Origin: a virus | Length of the DNA stretch: 64,000 bases | Strand: one strand, 5' to 3' | IMG/VR virus record: IMGVR_UViG_3300023174_000063 | Shown here: positions 1 to 10,900 of the stretch, piece by piece | Position numbering within the stretch: position 1 is the stretch's first letter | Layout of the letters: each line of letters starts with the position of its first letter | Translations under genes and position numbers: made by a program | Notes under the pieces: generated by a model | Told to the model about the DNA's origin: nothing | The model's database searches: none | The model's input: only the letters and a program-made list of their open reading frames with translations

Positions 1-510
1 AGCAAGCTATTTGGAACGAAAATTGGCCCAAGAAGTCGCAGCTTCTTTAGCAAAATATTCTTCGGCTCTGGTGAAGGAACATGCAAATTCCCTAAGCTCT
101 CTTACTGGAAGAATATTGTGCCGGCGTCTAATCAAGGATTTGGTACAAATGATACATTCCCTGCAACTAGAGGCGCTGTCATTAGAGGGTTTAAGTACGG
201 TTTGTCAAACATCGAGCCAACGAAGACAAGCGCAATTTTCAGGAGAGATAGATTCGGACACTTTAGAGATATTTTGGAACAAAGACTCTTTGTTGTCTCT
301 AATAAAAATAGAGACGCTTCACTAGATGAAATTCCTGTTACAGTTCAGTTTAGAAAGAGAGACGGTCAAATCCAGCTTGATCCTACTGAAGCCAACGGGT
401 CGAACTTGAGCCTGTACTGCACGTCTTCGGTTCCATATGATGATGGCAATTACCGTGACAGAGCAACGCCAGGCCCTGACGATAGAGATGATATTCTAGT
501 TGTACTCTAA
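1..510 (+). CDS. 3' end of a large virion/baseplate-region protein (5'-truncated by the window)
   Basis: Frame 1 is open from base 1 (SKLFGTKIGPRSR...) to TAA at 510, so the 118 start in the ORF track is not the real start. Lies at the head of a co-directional structural cluster. Confidence 0.6.
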   Translation, partial: SKLFGTKIGPRSRSFFSKIFFGSGEGTCKFPKLSYWKNIVPASNQGFGTNDTFPATRGAVIRGFKYGLSNIEPTKTSAIFRRDRFGHFRDILEQRLFVVSNKNRDASLDEIPVTVQFRKRDGQIQLDPTEANGSNLSLYCTSSVPYDDGNYRDRATPGPDDRDDILVVL

Positions 511-555
511 GAATATTATGACACAGTGCAATATTTAGACAACTGAGAGGTCTAT

Positions 556-3500
556 GTGTCACAAAATAACAAGAAATTAACGCTAACTGAGCTTAAAAAG
601 AGCGAGCAAATTGTTGTGCGCTCAGGTAGCAATAATTTTATTGACAAATTAATCTTCCCTAATCCAGTGACAATTGGGCTCGGAGGAGATCTTAAAAGCC
701 TTTTGACGACCGAGGGCGGCATTAAAATTAACCCAGCCGTCCCTATTGATGTGACTAATACCCTTTATAGCAGCAATGGCGAACTTTTTTTCAATGGTTC
801 TCCTTTGGTTAACGGTGGTAAAAATAGTAATTTTCTTTTTGACTCAAATAGTAAAACTCTTCGACTTACAGGAAGCTTGGACGCAGGTAGCACAGGAAAT
901 ATTATTAGCAAAGCTTTGACAGGCTCACTTACAACACTGCTAGATGGATCACAATTTATAAAATCAGGCGCTGGCATTAGCGTTTCTACTGGCACAAATG
1001 GGCAGATAACAATTAGCGCGCTAGTTCAAGATACAGGCATTAGGGCATCAATTGTTGCAACTACAGTCGGCAATGTTGCAAATTCCCTGCATGAAAAAGA
1101 AATTAATTTTACTGATGCAGACGGTAGAAATGTCACATTTACCTATGATAAAAATGTTGATGTCGGAAGTCCTGCAAGGAATTCTGCAATTTCTTACACG
1201 ATTGGATGTAAAAGTGTCGCTAACGATACAACGCATGCAGCGGGTCTCGAAAACGCACTAAATCTAGCTTCAGACAATAATGATCTTGGATTAAATGTCG
1301 CAAGATCAGACAATGTTCTTACCATTACGCAACAAAAAGGCGGTGAGACAGGAAATACAGAGGTGAATGGCACAGCCATTGAAACAAGCTTAGTGTTACT
1401 TAGCAACGCAAATTTCTTTTCCGGAGGATCTGCACTGCTTTCGTCAGTTAACGCTAACTATTTGACAACGTCGCCCTCCGGAGACTTAAACAATGAGAGG
1501 GTTTTAGCGACAGGCGTAGGACTAACATCGGTTGATGCTGGGCCAAATTCTTCTTTTACGCTCTCAATTGATACCAATGTTGTGCCTAGAAAGGGCGTCG
1601 ACAATGTTTTCGCCGGAACGCAAACATTTTCAGGCGAAATTAAAGCAAAACATCACAAACTGCCCAATGGCAGCGACGCATTTGTTGCAGGCAAAAATAT
1701 AGTAATAACCAAAAACGAAAATGGTTCACTTACTTTTTCATCTGTCGATAGCGACACAAAGTATACAGCGGGCGAAGGACTTAAGCTTTTAGGAAATCAG
1801 TTTGCAGTCAAGACAGGCAACGGGTTGTCAATTGTCGGCGGCCAACTCGCAATTAATTTGTCTTCGATGATTGGAAGCTTTTTGTCAATTGACGCATCTG
1901 GAAAGCTTAAAGTTAATGTCACATCAGGCAGAGGGCTCTCCGGAGATGAAAATTCTCTTTTTGTTAACACGTCAGACTTTGCCGGTGAGGGTCTTGTCTC
2001 TAGCGATGGTGATCTTCAAGTAGATCAAAGTAAGATAGCATTCTTAGCAGGGTCAACGTTTACAGGCGATGTAAAATTCAATGCAGGACTCAGCGGCTCT
2101 CTAACAAATCTGGCAAGCGGAGAAAGCTATCTAATCGCAGGTGACAATGTCACCATCGTAACCCAGTCAAGTGGTCAAATCGCTATATCATCTAGTTATG
2201 TTGACACAACATATTTACCCGGACCAGGCCTTGAACTGTCTGGGACATTGTTTAGCGTAGCCCTTAAGGAATATGGTGGTCTCACTTTCGATGACACAGA
2301 AGTCATCCTGGACAAACAGGCAGTTATTGGAAACGGCCTCAAGGAAGGCACAGAAAAAATTATTGATGTTGATGAGTCAGTTGTTGCATTTTTGGATGGA
2401 GCAACATTTACTGGAAATGTCGATTTTGCAGGAGGTCTGAGAGGTTCGTTGACAAAGCTAGTTGATGGTACGGACTTTATTGTCGCTGGTGATAATGTTC
2501 AGGTTGTAGAACTAGAAAGCGGCGCAATTGAAATTTCAGCATCATCGACAGGTATCACTAGCCCAGCGGGTAACTCAGATGAAATTCAAATTAATTTTGA
2601 AGGCAACTTTGCCGCATTTGAAGATTTTCGCTACGACAGTGCTGAAAAAGCGTTATGTGTAACAAACATTAATTGTACAAGCCTAACAGGCTCCTTGACG
2701 CGTCTACAAGACGGTACAGCTTTTATTAGCGCAGGCACAAACATTACGATTACGACAGGCACCAGCGGTCAAATAGTCATTTCAGGCGCTCCAACTACTC
2801 TAGTCGCTGCAAGGAGTAGGTTTGTTCAAATAGTTGACACTCTCCAGCCAGCAAATACTCCATTCGAGATTGATGGCGCCGACTTTAGCTTACCTACATT
2901 TTCCAAAAATCTTATTGACATAAATCTTAATGGTTCACTTCTCTACTCCGGAACTGCAGAACAGTGCAGCTCTGGAACGGCTGATTATAGCATCTATGAT
3001 TCAAATAAATTAATTTTTTCATTTGAACTCGTCCCAGATGACGTAATTCAAGCAACAATGCTCACATCTGGATCTGATACGTTGACACTTTTGCCGGGAG
3101 GCATCACAGGGCCACAGAACTCTATACAGTTTAATGATTCCGGAAATTTTGGAGGAGACTCTGATTTTGTTTACAATTCTTCGAGCAAGACACTCACAGT
3201 CCCAAATCTGTCAGGGTCGTTGACAAACTTGTCAACTGGTGAATCTTTTATTACGACAAGTGGGTCAATTATTAGCATTGTCACTGAGTCTAATGGGAGC
3301 TTGACTCTATCTGATTCATTTGCCACAGTTCCAGTAATTGTTTATGAAAGTGAATCTGCTGTTGGATCTGCAAAATTTTTAAATGTTGAGTCTCCTCTAG
3401 TTCTTACTTCAACAGAAAATTCAATAGACCTTGCTGTTCAACGAGAAAAAGTTGTCTTCGAAATTGTTTCTAGCCACCCTTCTAATGAGTCAATCTCAAT

Positions 3501-3678
3501 ACCTGGCGCAAATTTTTCATATGCAAATTTTGAAAACAAGAGAATTGATATCTTTGTTAATGGTCAGTTGCTTGTTTCAGGTTCAAGCAAAGATTATGTA
3601 TTGGATGGCTCTGATGATGGCATCATTGTGTCCTTTGATTTATATGCAAATGACACGATTGTAGCTATTATTCAATAA
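556..3678 (+). CDS. Repeat-rich tail fibre / adhesin-like virion protein
   Basis: 1040 aa, G/S/T-rich. About 6 copies of LxGSLTxLxDGxxFIxAGxNIxIxxxxxGQIxIS, AGxGL fibre-type repeats, and a duplicated C-terminal IDI(F/N)(V/L)NGxLLxSG..DY domain. GAGG upstream. Confidence 0.7.
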   Translation: MSQNNKKLTLTELKKSEQIVVRSGSNNFIDKLIFPNPVTIGLGGDLKSLLTTEGGIKINPAVPIDVTNTLYSSNGELFFNGSPLVNGGKNSNFLFDSNSKTLRLTGSLDAGSTGNIISKALTGSLTTLLDGSQFIKSGAGISVSTGTNGQITISALVQDTGIRASIVATTVGNVANSLHEKEINFTDADGRNVTFTYDKNVDVGSPARNSAISYTIGCKSVANDTTHAAGLENALNLASDNNDLGLNVARSDNVLTITQQKGGETGNTEVNGTAIETSLVLLSNANFFSGGSALLSSVNANYLTTSPSGDLNNERVLATGVGLTSVDAGPNSSFTLSIDTNVVPRKGVDNVFAGTQTFSGEIKAKHHKLPNGSDAFVAGKNIVITKNENGSLTFSSVDSDTKYTAGEGLKLLGNQFAVKTGNGLSIVGGQLAINLSSMIGSFLSIDASGKLKVNVTSGRGLSGDENSLFVNTSDFAGEGLVSSDGDLQVDQSKIAFLAGSTFTGDVKFNAGLSGSLTNLASGESYLIAGDNVTIVTQSSGQIAISSSYVDTTYLPGPGLELSGTLFSVALKEYGGLTFDDTEVILDKQAVIGNGLKEGTEKIIDVDESVVAFLDGATFTGNVDFAGGLRGSLTKLVDGTDFIVAGDNVQVVELESGAIEISASSTGITSPAGNSDEIQINFEGNFAAFEDFRYDSAEKALCVTNINCTSLTGSLTRLQDGTAFISAGTNITITTGTSGQIVISGAPTTLVAARSRFVQIVDTLQPANTPFEIDGADFSLPTFSKNLIDINLNGSLLYSGTAEQCSSGTADYSIYDSNKLIFSFELVPDDVIQATMLTSGSDTLTLLPGGITGPQNSIQFNDSGNFGGDSDFVYNSSSKTLTVPNLSGSLTNLSTGESFITTSGSIISIVTESNGSLTLSDSFATVPVIVYESESAVGSAKFLNVESPLVLTSTENSIDLAVQREKVVFEIVSSHPSNESISIPGANFSYANFENKRIDIFVNGQLLVSGSSKDYVLDGSDDGIIVSFDLYANDTIVAIIQ

Positions 3679-3751
3679 AAGCATGCTACTAAAAAGACCT
3701 AATAGCATAATTAAATCTTGACACCTGCTTTAGATTTCACGAGGTTTTATT

Positions 3752-3985
3752 ATGTCAAAAGACTTGAGTTCTGGTTCTGTCTATGAAACATCTGACATTG
3801 CCATTGCTGCTTACTTGATGCTTAGATCGCTCACAATGATTAGCGCTTTAAAGCCGGCAAGAGGACCTTATCAATTCGTATTTAGCGACCCAGACAATAT
3901 TGCTAGAAAACTAGCATTTGAATTTGCGTCAAGTGATTTTTGTAAATTTGACGCGCATTTGAAATATTTACGTCGGCTGCAGTGA
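3752..3985 (+). CDS. Small protein resembling DUF5659
   Basis: YETSDIAIAAYL...YQFVF pattern recalled from this small phage family; GAGG RBS. Confidence 0.5.
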   Translation: MSKDLSSGSVYETSDIAIAAYLMLRSLTMISALKPARGPYQFVFSDPDNIARKLAFEFASSDFCKFDAHLKYLRRLQ

Positions 3986-4017
3986 GTCTGTACAGTTAGC
4001 TAGATTGAGGTGTCTCG

Positions 4018-4968
4018 GTGGCTGGAATATTAGATAGCAAACAGAGAATCATGGACGTCTTGGTGACAGCAGAGGGCCGAGCGCAAGCTGCAGCCGGAGA
4101 ATTTTCTATAAAATTTGCATCTTTTACCGACCGACACGCTTTCTACGAAACAGATGCACCGTCTAGCGATAAATTGATTGCAAATGACGCTTCGAGTCGA
4201 ATTTATTTTGAATGCGCTAGTCGACACCAAGATCAAATTATTATTGAAACAATTGACGGTGGTGCAATCAAGCCATTTAGATCAACCGATTTTGATTTAT
4301 CGACACCACAAGCTGCGCGTTTTTTTGATAATGTTACATCTACATTTGTTTCGAGCAGCAATTTCATTACTAGTTCTGATGCCATCATTAACACTATCAT
4401 GGACAGTTTTAACGAACAGCAAATAATCGGCACAAACGACCCATTTTCAGATTCGACAGACTTTATAATTGATCCAGAAAAGATTGCATTTGAAATTAAC
4501 GAGAGACAACCTTTTAACACCACAAGACCAGATGCAATTTTAGAGCTACCATTGGAAAATATTGAAAGCATCTTCCAAGATAAGCGCTTCTCTCACTTGC
4601 CGAACTTCGTTTATCTCCCGCCAAGAAATAAGCCTAGATTGGGACAGCAAAGAGGTGGGCTTATGGGAAATTATGTCAATTGGAATCAAAGGGCGCCCAC
4701 TACGCTACAAGAACTGATGCAAGATTTACAGGGCAAAGAGTACAGAGACGTAGAATTTATCGATACATCGAGAGACAACAATCTCGTAATTCAGCCTTTC
4801 GAATTTACTGAAAGTGAAGTCAAAAAATTGTGCGTTGTTGATTTTGGAGAATTTCCAGGCGACAACTCAGATTCACTAGGAAAAAGAGTTTTTTTTGTCG
4901 GGAAGCTATATAAAGACAGTAATGGCTTTTCAACTTTTGTCAATATTTTTACTGTTGTGATGGAATAA
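4018..4968 (+). CDS. Putative baseplate/virion structural protein
   Basis: N-terminus (ILDSKQRIMDVLVTAEGRAQAA..FSIKFASFTD) is paralogous to that of 13835..14539. GAGGTG RBS before the GTG start. Confidence 0.55.
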   Translation: MAGILDSKQRIMDVLVTAEGRAQAAAGEFSIKFASFTDRHAFYETDAPSSDKLIANDASSRIYFECASRHQDQIIIETIDGGAIKPFRSTDFDLSTPQAARFFDNVTSTFVSSSNFITSSDAIINTIMDSFNEQQIIGTNDPFSDSTDFIIDPEKIAFEINERQPFNTTRPDAILELPLENIESIFQDKRFSHLPNFVYLPPRNKPRLGQQRGGLMGNYVNWNQRAPTTLQELMQDLQGKEYRDVEFIDTSRDNNLVIQPFEFTESEVKKLCVVDFGEFPGDNSDSLGKRVFFVGKLYKDSNGFSTFVNIFTVVME

Positions 4969-4969
4969 A

Positions 4970-7951
4970 ATGGCATTTAGAAGACAAGAAGAAAAAACTT
5001 ATAAGCTTGAGGATTTGTTTCTCATCGACGACGAGCGTGGATTTGCTGTAATTGACAACATTGTAATAAATCAAAATTCTGTACTAGATGAAGATCCTGC
5101 CAGAAAAAACAAATCACCACTCGAATCTAATGGTGATTTTCATTATGAACTTAAGTTTTTTGTTCACGTTGAAAAATGCGCCGAGCTGGCGATTGATACA
5201 GCTGTTGTTAATGTCTACACTGCTCCGCCGCCTGTCTTTATAAATCGATTTGCTGTGATACCAAAAAATCCTGAGGCCCAAGTTAGAGATGTTATTGCCA
5301 AGAAGCAAAAAAATACGACTGCAATATCACCCGTCAATCAATTCGCTCAGGGCGCATTAAATAATCTTATTGAGACATCTACGATAAGACTTGGAATTAT
5401 TCCAAAAGAAACGAATCAAAATAGAGTTAGTCCTACAGGCCTCGTTAAAGAACCGCCACTTAGCTCTTCTAGAGCTAATCCTCCTGCAGGTGGAAGGACA
5501 CCATTGGTACAGACGTATCGAATGCATGTTGCTAATCCAAGCTCTTCTAGAGAGTTAGCAAACTCAAGCCTTGATGTCGTGAGTGTCCAGGGAAAATCAA
5601 CATCAGGTTTTTCAAATTCAACAGTTAAAAAGATTCTCCAAATTGATGAAGGTACAAATCAAGAAATAGGAGCGAGGTCTGAAAGGGCTGGTGCGGCTGC
5701 TGTAGGAATGAGTTTGATGAAAAATGCAATACACCCTGCAGAAGTTATCGAAGCCTTCTATCCAGGTGAAGCGAGAGAAGATGTTTCGAGCTATGGTCCT
5801 TCATCAACTGGTACAAGAGACAGTTTGACAAATATTAGAGAGCCTATCAAGCAATTTGTGCCGACTGTCTTAAACTTAGGGATTGAAAATAGAAGAGGAA
5901 CTTTTAGAGACCCTATTGCTTACAGCAGAAACACACAAGAAGACAGCACTGACTTTTTAAATCTCAAAGGGCAAGCAGGAAAAGACGTTGCAGACTTATG
6001 TAAAATAACTGTCAATAAAAGAAATAATATTCAAGACAAAAACGTCCTATTGACAGAATTTAGTTCTAAATATTTGACAGTTTTTAAAACAATTACAGTC
6101 GATATTCAAAAGGCTGCTACTAGACCTAAGCTCTATTTTGAGATCTTACTGCTACAAAAAGACAAAAGAGAGACAGATTTTCGTAAGGTTTTCTTTGTTG
6201 ATCATGCACGACAGGTTGAAGAATTTACAGTGCCTGACATAAGGCCTCGACTCGTCTGCGTCAATCAAAGCTTTGGAAAAAATGCTATTTCTGTAAAGCA
6301 ACTCGATCCATTCGCGACATCAATAATAGTCGAAAAGAGAACTGTGCACCCATACGATGCTTTTCCAGCACCATTTACGGTTGTTAAAACAGTCAATCTT
6401 ACATCGAAAGATGCAGCAGAAATTATTCAAATTCCAGAGCAGAACATGCACCCTAATGTTTGCATTTATCGTGCTGTCGCTGTAGGCCCGCTGGGCCAAA
6501 GAGGAAATAATTTTGCAGTAAAAACAGTCAAGGGCTTGTCTCCTCCTACAGGTGTACGACTCGATCCTGTTAAAATACCAAACGCTTTTTTTGCAAAAAG
6601 TCTGCCTGATGGTATTGTTTTAACACTCTCAAACTACCCAGCAGATGCTAATTCTTTTTTTGTCAACAAGATAGCACTCAATTCACCTGATTCAATCAAT
6701 AACACACCAGAACCTGTTGCAATTGATAGCAATGGCACATCTCTTAAATCTCTTAGAAGCAAGAGCAGTCCAATTACAATATTTGACAAGAATGTTCAAG
6801 ATGGCAGAATGTACTTCTACGAATGCAACATCAAAATGCCATATGGAAATATTATTTCTTGTCCCAAGATTAATCTTAAGTACGTCAAGCCACTTCGTAA
6901 GATTCCTTTTGAATTTAACATTAAAAATATTGTTATTGAATCGAGCAGTGCAATTGTAAGCGATGTTGCAAATATTAACAACTCCGAAGACACACGAAGC
7001 ATTTCATTTGAAATCGAAACAATTCCTACAGAAAATGGCATTGAAGAAATAATCCAGCTTTTAATCGAGAATGGTGTCGACGACGTTTTTACAGACGCGC
7101 TTAGAAGAGATAGATCTAGAATCTCAGGAATCGTTTTTTATGAAATTACTAGAATTAATTTAAAGCGTGGGCTTAGAGAAAGTTTTGGAATATTAAGAGG
7201 CAGTAAGTTCTTAGATACACCAGATGTTAGACGACGCCTAGGGATTAGCAAGATTGAGAGAGACGATAGATTTCAATATTTAATTAGCATGCACCTTTTG
7301 AGCCCAGAGTCGCTATTTAGAGGCGCTACAACTCAGACTGGTGATCGGTCTTCGACAGACTTGCGCAAGAATGAAGCTTCTGCGAAATTTCTTTCTCAAA
7401 AATTTGCTAGACTTTACACTAAGTCCAATAGCCTTCCAAGTGAACAAGATCTTCTTGATACAACACCTGCGAAGCTTAGAAAACAGATTAGACAAGGAGA
7501 GACGGGGTACACACAGACAATTGATGTACAAATGCCGCCCTCGCCTCTCTCTGTAGGCAATGTAAATGTGACAAAAACTGCGCTGGGTCACAATGAAATC
7601 TCATGGAGCTTATTGCAGGGAGATAAGAGCTTAATTGATCATTATGTAATTTATGCGTCTACGCAAGAAATTATGCAGCCTATTGGGACAGTCGCACCGA
7701 GTGACTCTCAAACCGAGAGATTTTTTGATCGAAGACTTTGTAGCACTGTCGGCACAGTCACTTATCATGTCGAGATTGTGACGCTTGATTTTACAAGAAT
7801 ATTAAATAGCGAAATCACTAACATCACGAAAACACAGACGCTACCTAAAGAATTAGTCGATAAGCTTGTGTCTGACAAGGGTCGAGTGCTAGCACAATCA
7901 CAAGACTCTCTTGAAAATTTTCAATCGATCATTCGATCAAAATTAATGTAA
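4970..7951 (+). CDS. Large hypothetical virion protein (beta-rich, possible Fn3/Ig-like domains)
   Basis: 993-aa ORF coupled to its neighbours; ISW...HYVIY...TYHVEIV resembles an Fn3-like C-terminal domain. Confidence 0.5.
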   Translation: MAFRRQEEKTYKLEDLFLIDDERGFAVIDNIVINQNSVLDEDPARKNKSPLESNGDFHYELKFFVHVEKCAELAIDTAVVNVYTAPPPVFINRFAVIPKNPEAQVRDVIAKKQKNTTAISPVNQFAQGALNNLIETSTIRLGIIPKETNQNRVSPTGLVKEPPLSSSRANPPAGGRTPLVQTYRMHVANPSSSRELANSSLDVVSVQGKSTSGFSNSTVKKILQIDEGTNQEIGARSERAGAAAVGMSLMKNAIHPAEVIEAFYPGEAREDVSSYGPSSTGTRDSLTNIREPIKQFVPTVLNLGIENRRGTFRDPIAYSRNTQEDSTDFLNLKGQAGKDVADLCKITVNKRNNIQDKNVLLTEFSSKYLTVFKTITVDIQKAATRPKLYFEILLLQKDKRETDFRKVFFVDHARQVEEFTVPDIRPRLVCVNQSFGKNAISVKQLDPFATSIIVEKRTVHPYDAFPAPFTVVKTVNLTSKDAAEIIQIPEQNMHPNVCIYRAVAVGPLGQRGNNFAVKTVKGLSPPTGVRLDPVKIPNAFFAKSLPDGIVLTLSNYPADANSFFVNKIALNSPDSINNTPEPVAIDSNGTSLKSLRSKSSPITIFDKNVQDGRMYFYECNIKMPYGNIISCPKINLKYVKPLRKIPFEFNIKNIVIESSSAIVSDVANINNSEDTRSISFEIETIPTENGIEEIIQLLIENGVDDVFTDALRRDRSRISGIVFYEITRINLKRGLRESFGILRGSKFLDTPDVRRRLGISKIERDDRFQYLISMHLLSPESLFRGATTQTGDRSSTDLRKNEASAKFLSQKFARLYTKSNSLPSEQDLLDTTPAKLRKQIRQGETGYTQTIDVQMPPSPLSVGNVNVTKTALGHNEISWSLLQGDKSLIDHYVIYASTQEIMQPIGTVAPSDSQTERFFDRRLCSTVGTVTYHVEIVTLDFTRILNSEITNITKTQTLPKELVDKLVSDKGRVLAQSQDSLENFQSIIRSKLM

Positions 7952-7966
7952 TTTGGAGCACGAAAG

Positions 7967-10900
7967 ATGCCGTCGAATAATTCTGCAAACAATAACCCTT
8001 CTTCACAATCGAGCATCCGACGCGCGTGGGGGCTTAATCTCCGCAATTTTAGAGAAGTAGATTTGCTTAACAGACGCGATAGAGACGTGTGGTATGAAGC
8101 ATTTGATATCAATCGTGACGGCCGCATAGACAGATCAGACGATCTAAACGCTGACGGTATTATAAACAACGATGACTATCAAAGACAGCAGATTCGCTCA
8201 ACGGCAAGAATAGAACGAGAAGCGGCCGAAGCCAAAGCAGAACTTGAAGCTTTAATAGAGGCTGAAGAACAACGAAGAAGAGAAGAAGAACAACGAAGAA
8301 GAGAAGAAGTTGGAGCGAATAGCATTCGAAGAACGACTGCCATGCTAGAAGATACAAACACTAGTGTCGAAGAAAGCATTTTAAATGTTACAGAAGCAAT
8401 TGGTGCAGCTACGACAATTCAGTCTGATGCAGCTAGCCAATTTAAATTTGCAGACAATGAGGCAGTCACGTCGGACGAGGGCCGTCTCGTGATCGATTCT
8501 GGATTTGACATAGTTAGAGCACTAAATGAATCTTCAATGTCATTTTTGCGTCCCGAAATTATCGCTAAGATTTCATTGCTGCCTTTTGTGTCAAATGTCA
8601 ATAGCAATCTTTTAGACTTACATGATTTAAAAATATTTGAAAGGTATATCGCTCTAGAGTCTTTAGACAAGGATTGGCAGCAGGTTTCATCTCTTATGCA
8701 ACCTGACATTAAACAATCAATTTTAGTATCAAAATCTGCTGCTAACGCAAATATGATCAGCGATATCGAGTTTTATTCCAATTTAAACGATATGATGAAT
8801 ACAATTGTTAAATTACTCGACATTAAAAATCAGTCTAGACAAACAACAGAGCATGCGAAACTATTTTTACAAAATTTTGTTGAAAATCGAGAGCAGAGTC
8901 TTTTTCCAAACCCAGACAGCCTTGAAGAGTTCTTAGAGTTCTCATGTGGGCTAATTAGTTCGAATTATTTTTCCAACACTAAGCTCGTGCATTCATTAAT
9001 TAGAGAATTTGCAAATTCAATTATTCGACATCATCCAAAACTTTTAAGCAATTCGACTCGCATGGACAGATACTCTGTTAAATTTAACAGCTACATGCCC
9101 GAGGGTGCCTACACACATGACCTCAGTATTAAAGCACTAGGTACTAGAGATATTACAAGCACAGTCTATGCAGACGGAAGTATTTCTGCAAATATTTTAA
9201 ATAGGCGATGCCTTGATGCAACTTATACTAACGCTCTACCTGGCATTACGCAATTAGACAGATCAAGAGACCGTCTAAAAATACTCGCATGCTTGCTGCA
9301 TAACGAGCTATCAGTGTCCGCAGGAATTGGAAAATTAATTGGAACTGTCATTGGCAATAAATTTAATATTGCTGGAAATGACCCTATTGAGACAGTGCTT
9401 GGAGGCTTTTTTAAAAATGAAGGCAATGTTCTATTAGGCACTGGATCTCCAATGAGTTACGCAGACTTTCTTGTTCTAAATGAGAGCAGTGAGAGTCTCG
9501 GTTCTGAAAGCGTAAAAATTCTACCCTTTGAAGTTTCAGCAATAGTGTCAAATGGTAAGAATTACTTGCCAGGATCAAAATACTTCGTTCATCTTCCTGT
9601 CCAAAAAGGTTTGCCAGCAACACCCTTAGCACAGTTTGCCAAAAAGTTTGAAGATCTTAATGTTGATGCGCAAGATGCACTTAGAAAACTTTTAAGTTTT
9701 GACAGTGAGTGTAAATTTACGCCCGCTGATATTGTCATTCGTTGTCTTAAAGATGTTAGAAAATCTTTAGATGTCTTGCTGGATGATTCTTCTTCGCTTA
9801 ACAAATCCCTTACGGCTGCTTTCCTGTCAAAATTAAGGTGGAATAGTCGTCGATCAAATACATCAATTGTAAATACCCAGGGCACACCGGGTGTTAGCGC
9901 GCTCGATTTGCTTTTTATTTCTTGCGCCAATAAACGTGACGTATCAGATAAGAATGCATCGCATGTTCCTAATTTTTCTTTTCCTGTTTTTGCCGCAGGC
10001 TCTAGAATTGATGATTTTGTCATTGAGTCAAAAATTAGTTCTCAAGAAGGCTTGACGGGAAACTATATTGAACGACTCAATTCGATTCTCTTTGAATTAG
10101 GGCAGGGTGATGTTGCCTCAATTTTTCCTTCTCCGCAAGACGATTTTGAAAAAGCAAATTTTTTTGGTTATGAAAAAACAATTCTTGATGATATTATTGC
10201 TAACCTTCGATCGATCCAGCAAGAAGCATTTAATGCTGGAAACTATCTAGATAATGATAAATTTACTAGATACAATCGCTGGGACGATAATACTCTCTTG
10301 GCGTGCATGTTTGAAATTACACGCTGCTTAATGAAGGAATTAATTAGAATTGATGATTTGAGTGTTCGTTTTGACGGAAGAGATGGTAGTAAATACCGCG
10401 TCCAGATTACTGATGTTAACAAGGTGGACTTGATCAAGCTTAGAGACTTTTTAGACATTGTTATTACGACATTTGAGTCGGGAATTGATCTTAATAGCAT
10501 TTTTGCAAATCAATTAAGCTCTCCTGTCGCTGGTGTTTTTTCTTCGACACGATTTAAAGAGGGCGGACTTTCTGCGGGAGATTTAATTGATATTATTAAT
10601 TCTCTCATAGATCACAGAAAGTTTTTTAAGATGTGTCTAGGCTATCTAGACGGCTTTGCGCAAAATATTATTGAAGCAAACGTCAAAATGACAGAGTTTT
10701 TTCAGAGAAAAAATTCAAATGAGAGCACTTTCGCGGAAAGATTTCAAAGACTATACCAAGATGAAAATGGTAGAATGTCAATTGAAATGATAACAAAAGA
10801 GCAGAATTCACTTAGAACTGCTTACTCTCTCGCTAGTCAACCTATGCAAAGGCCTTCTAAAATTAAAAAAAGTACCATTAACACAAAAATGGAAGATGAT

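Noticed and set aside
3718-3746. TTGACA as a sigma70 -35 element
   Set aside because: No -10 hexamer at 16-18 bp spacing.
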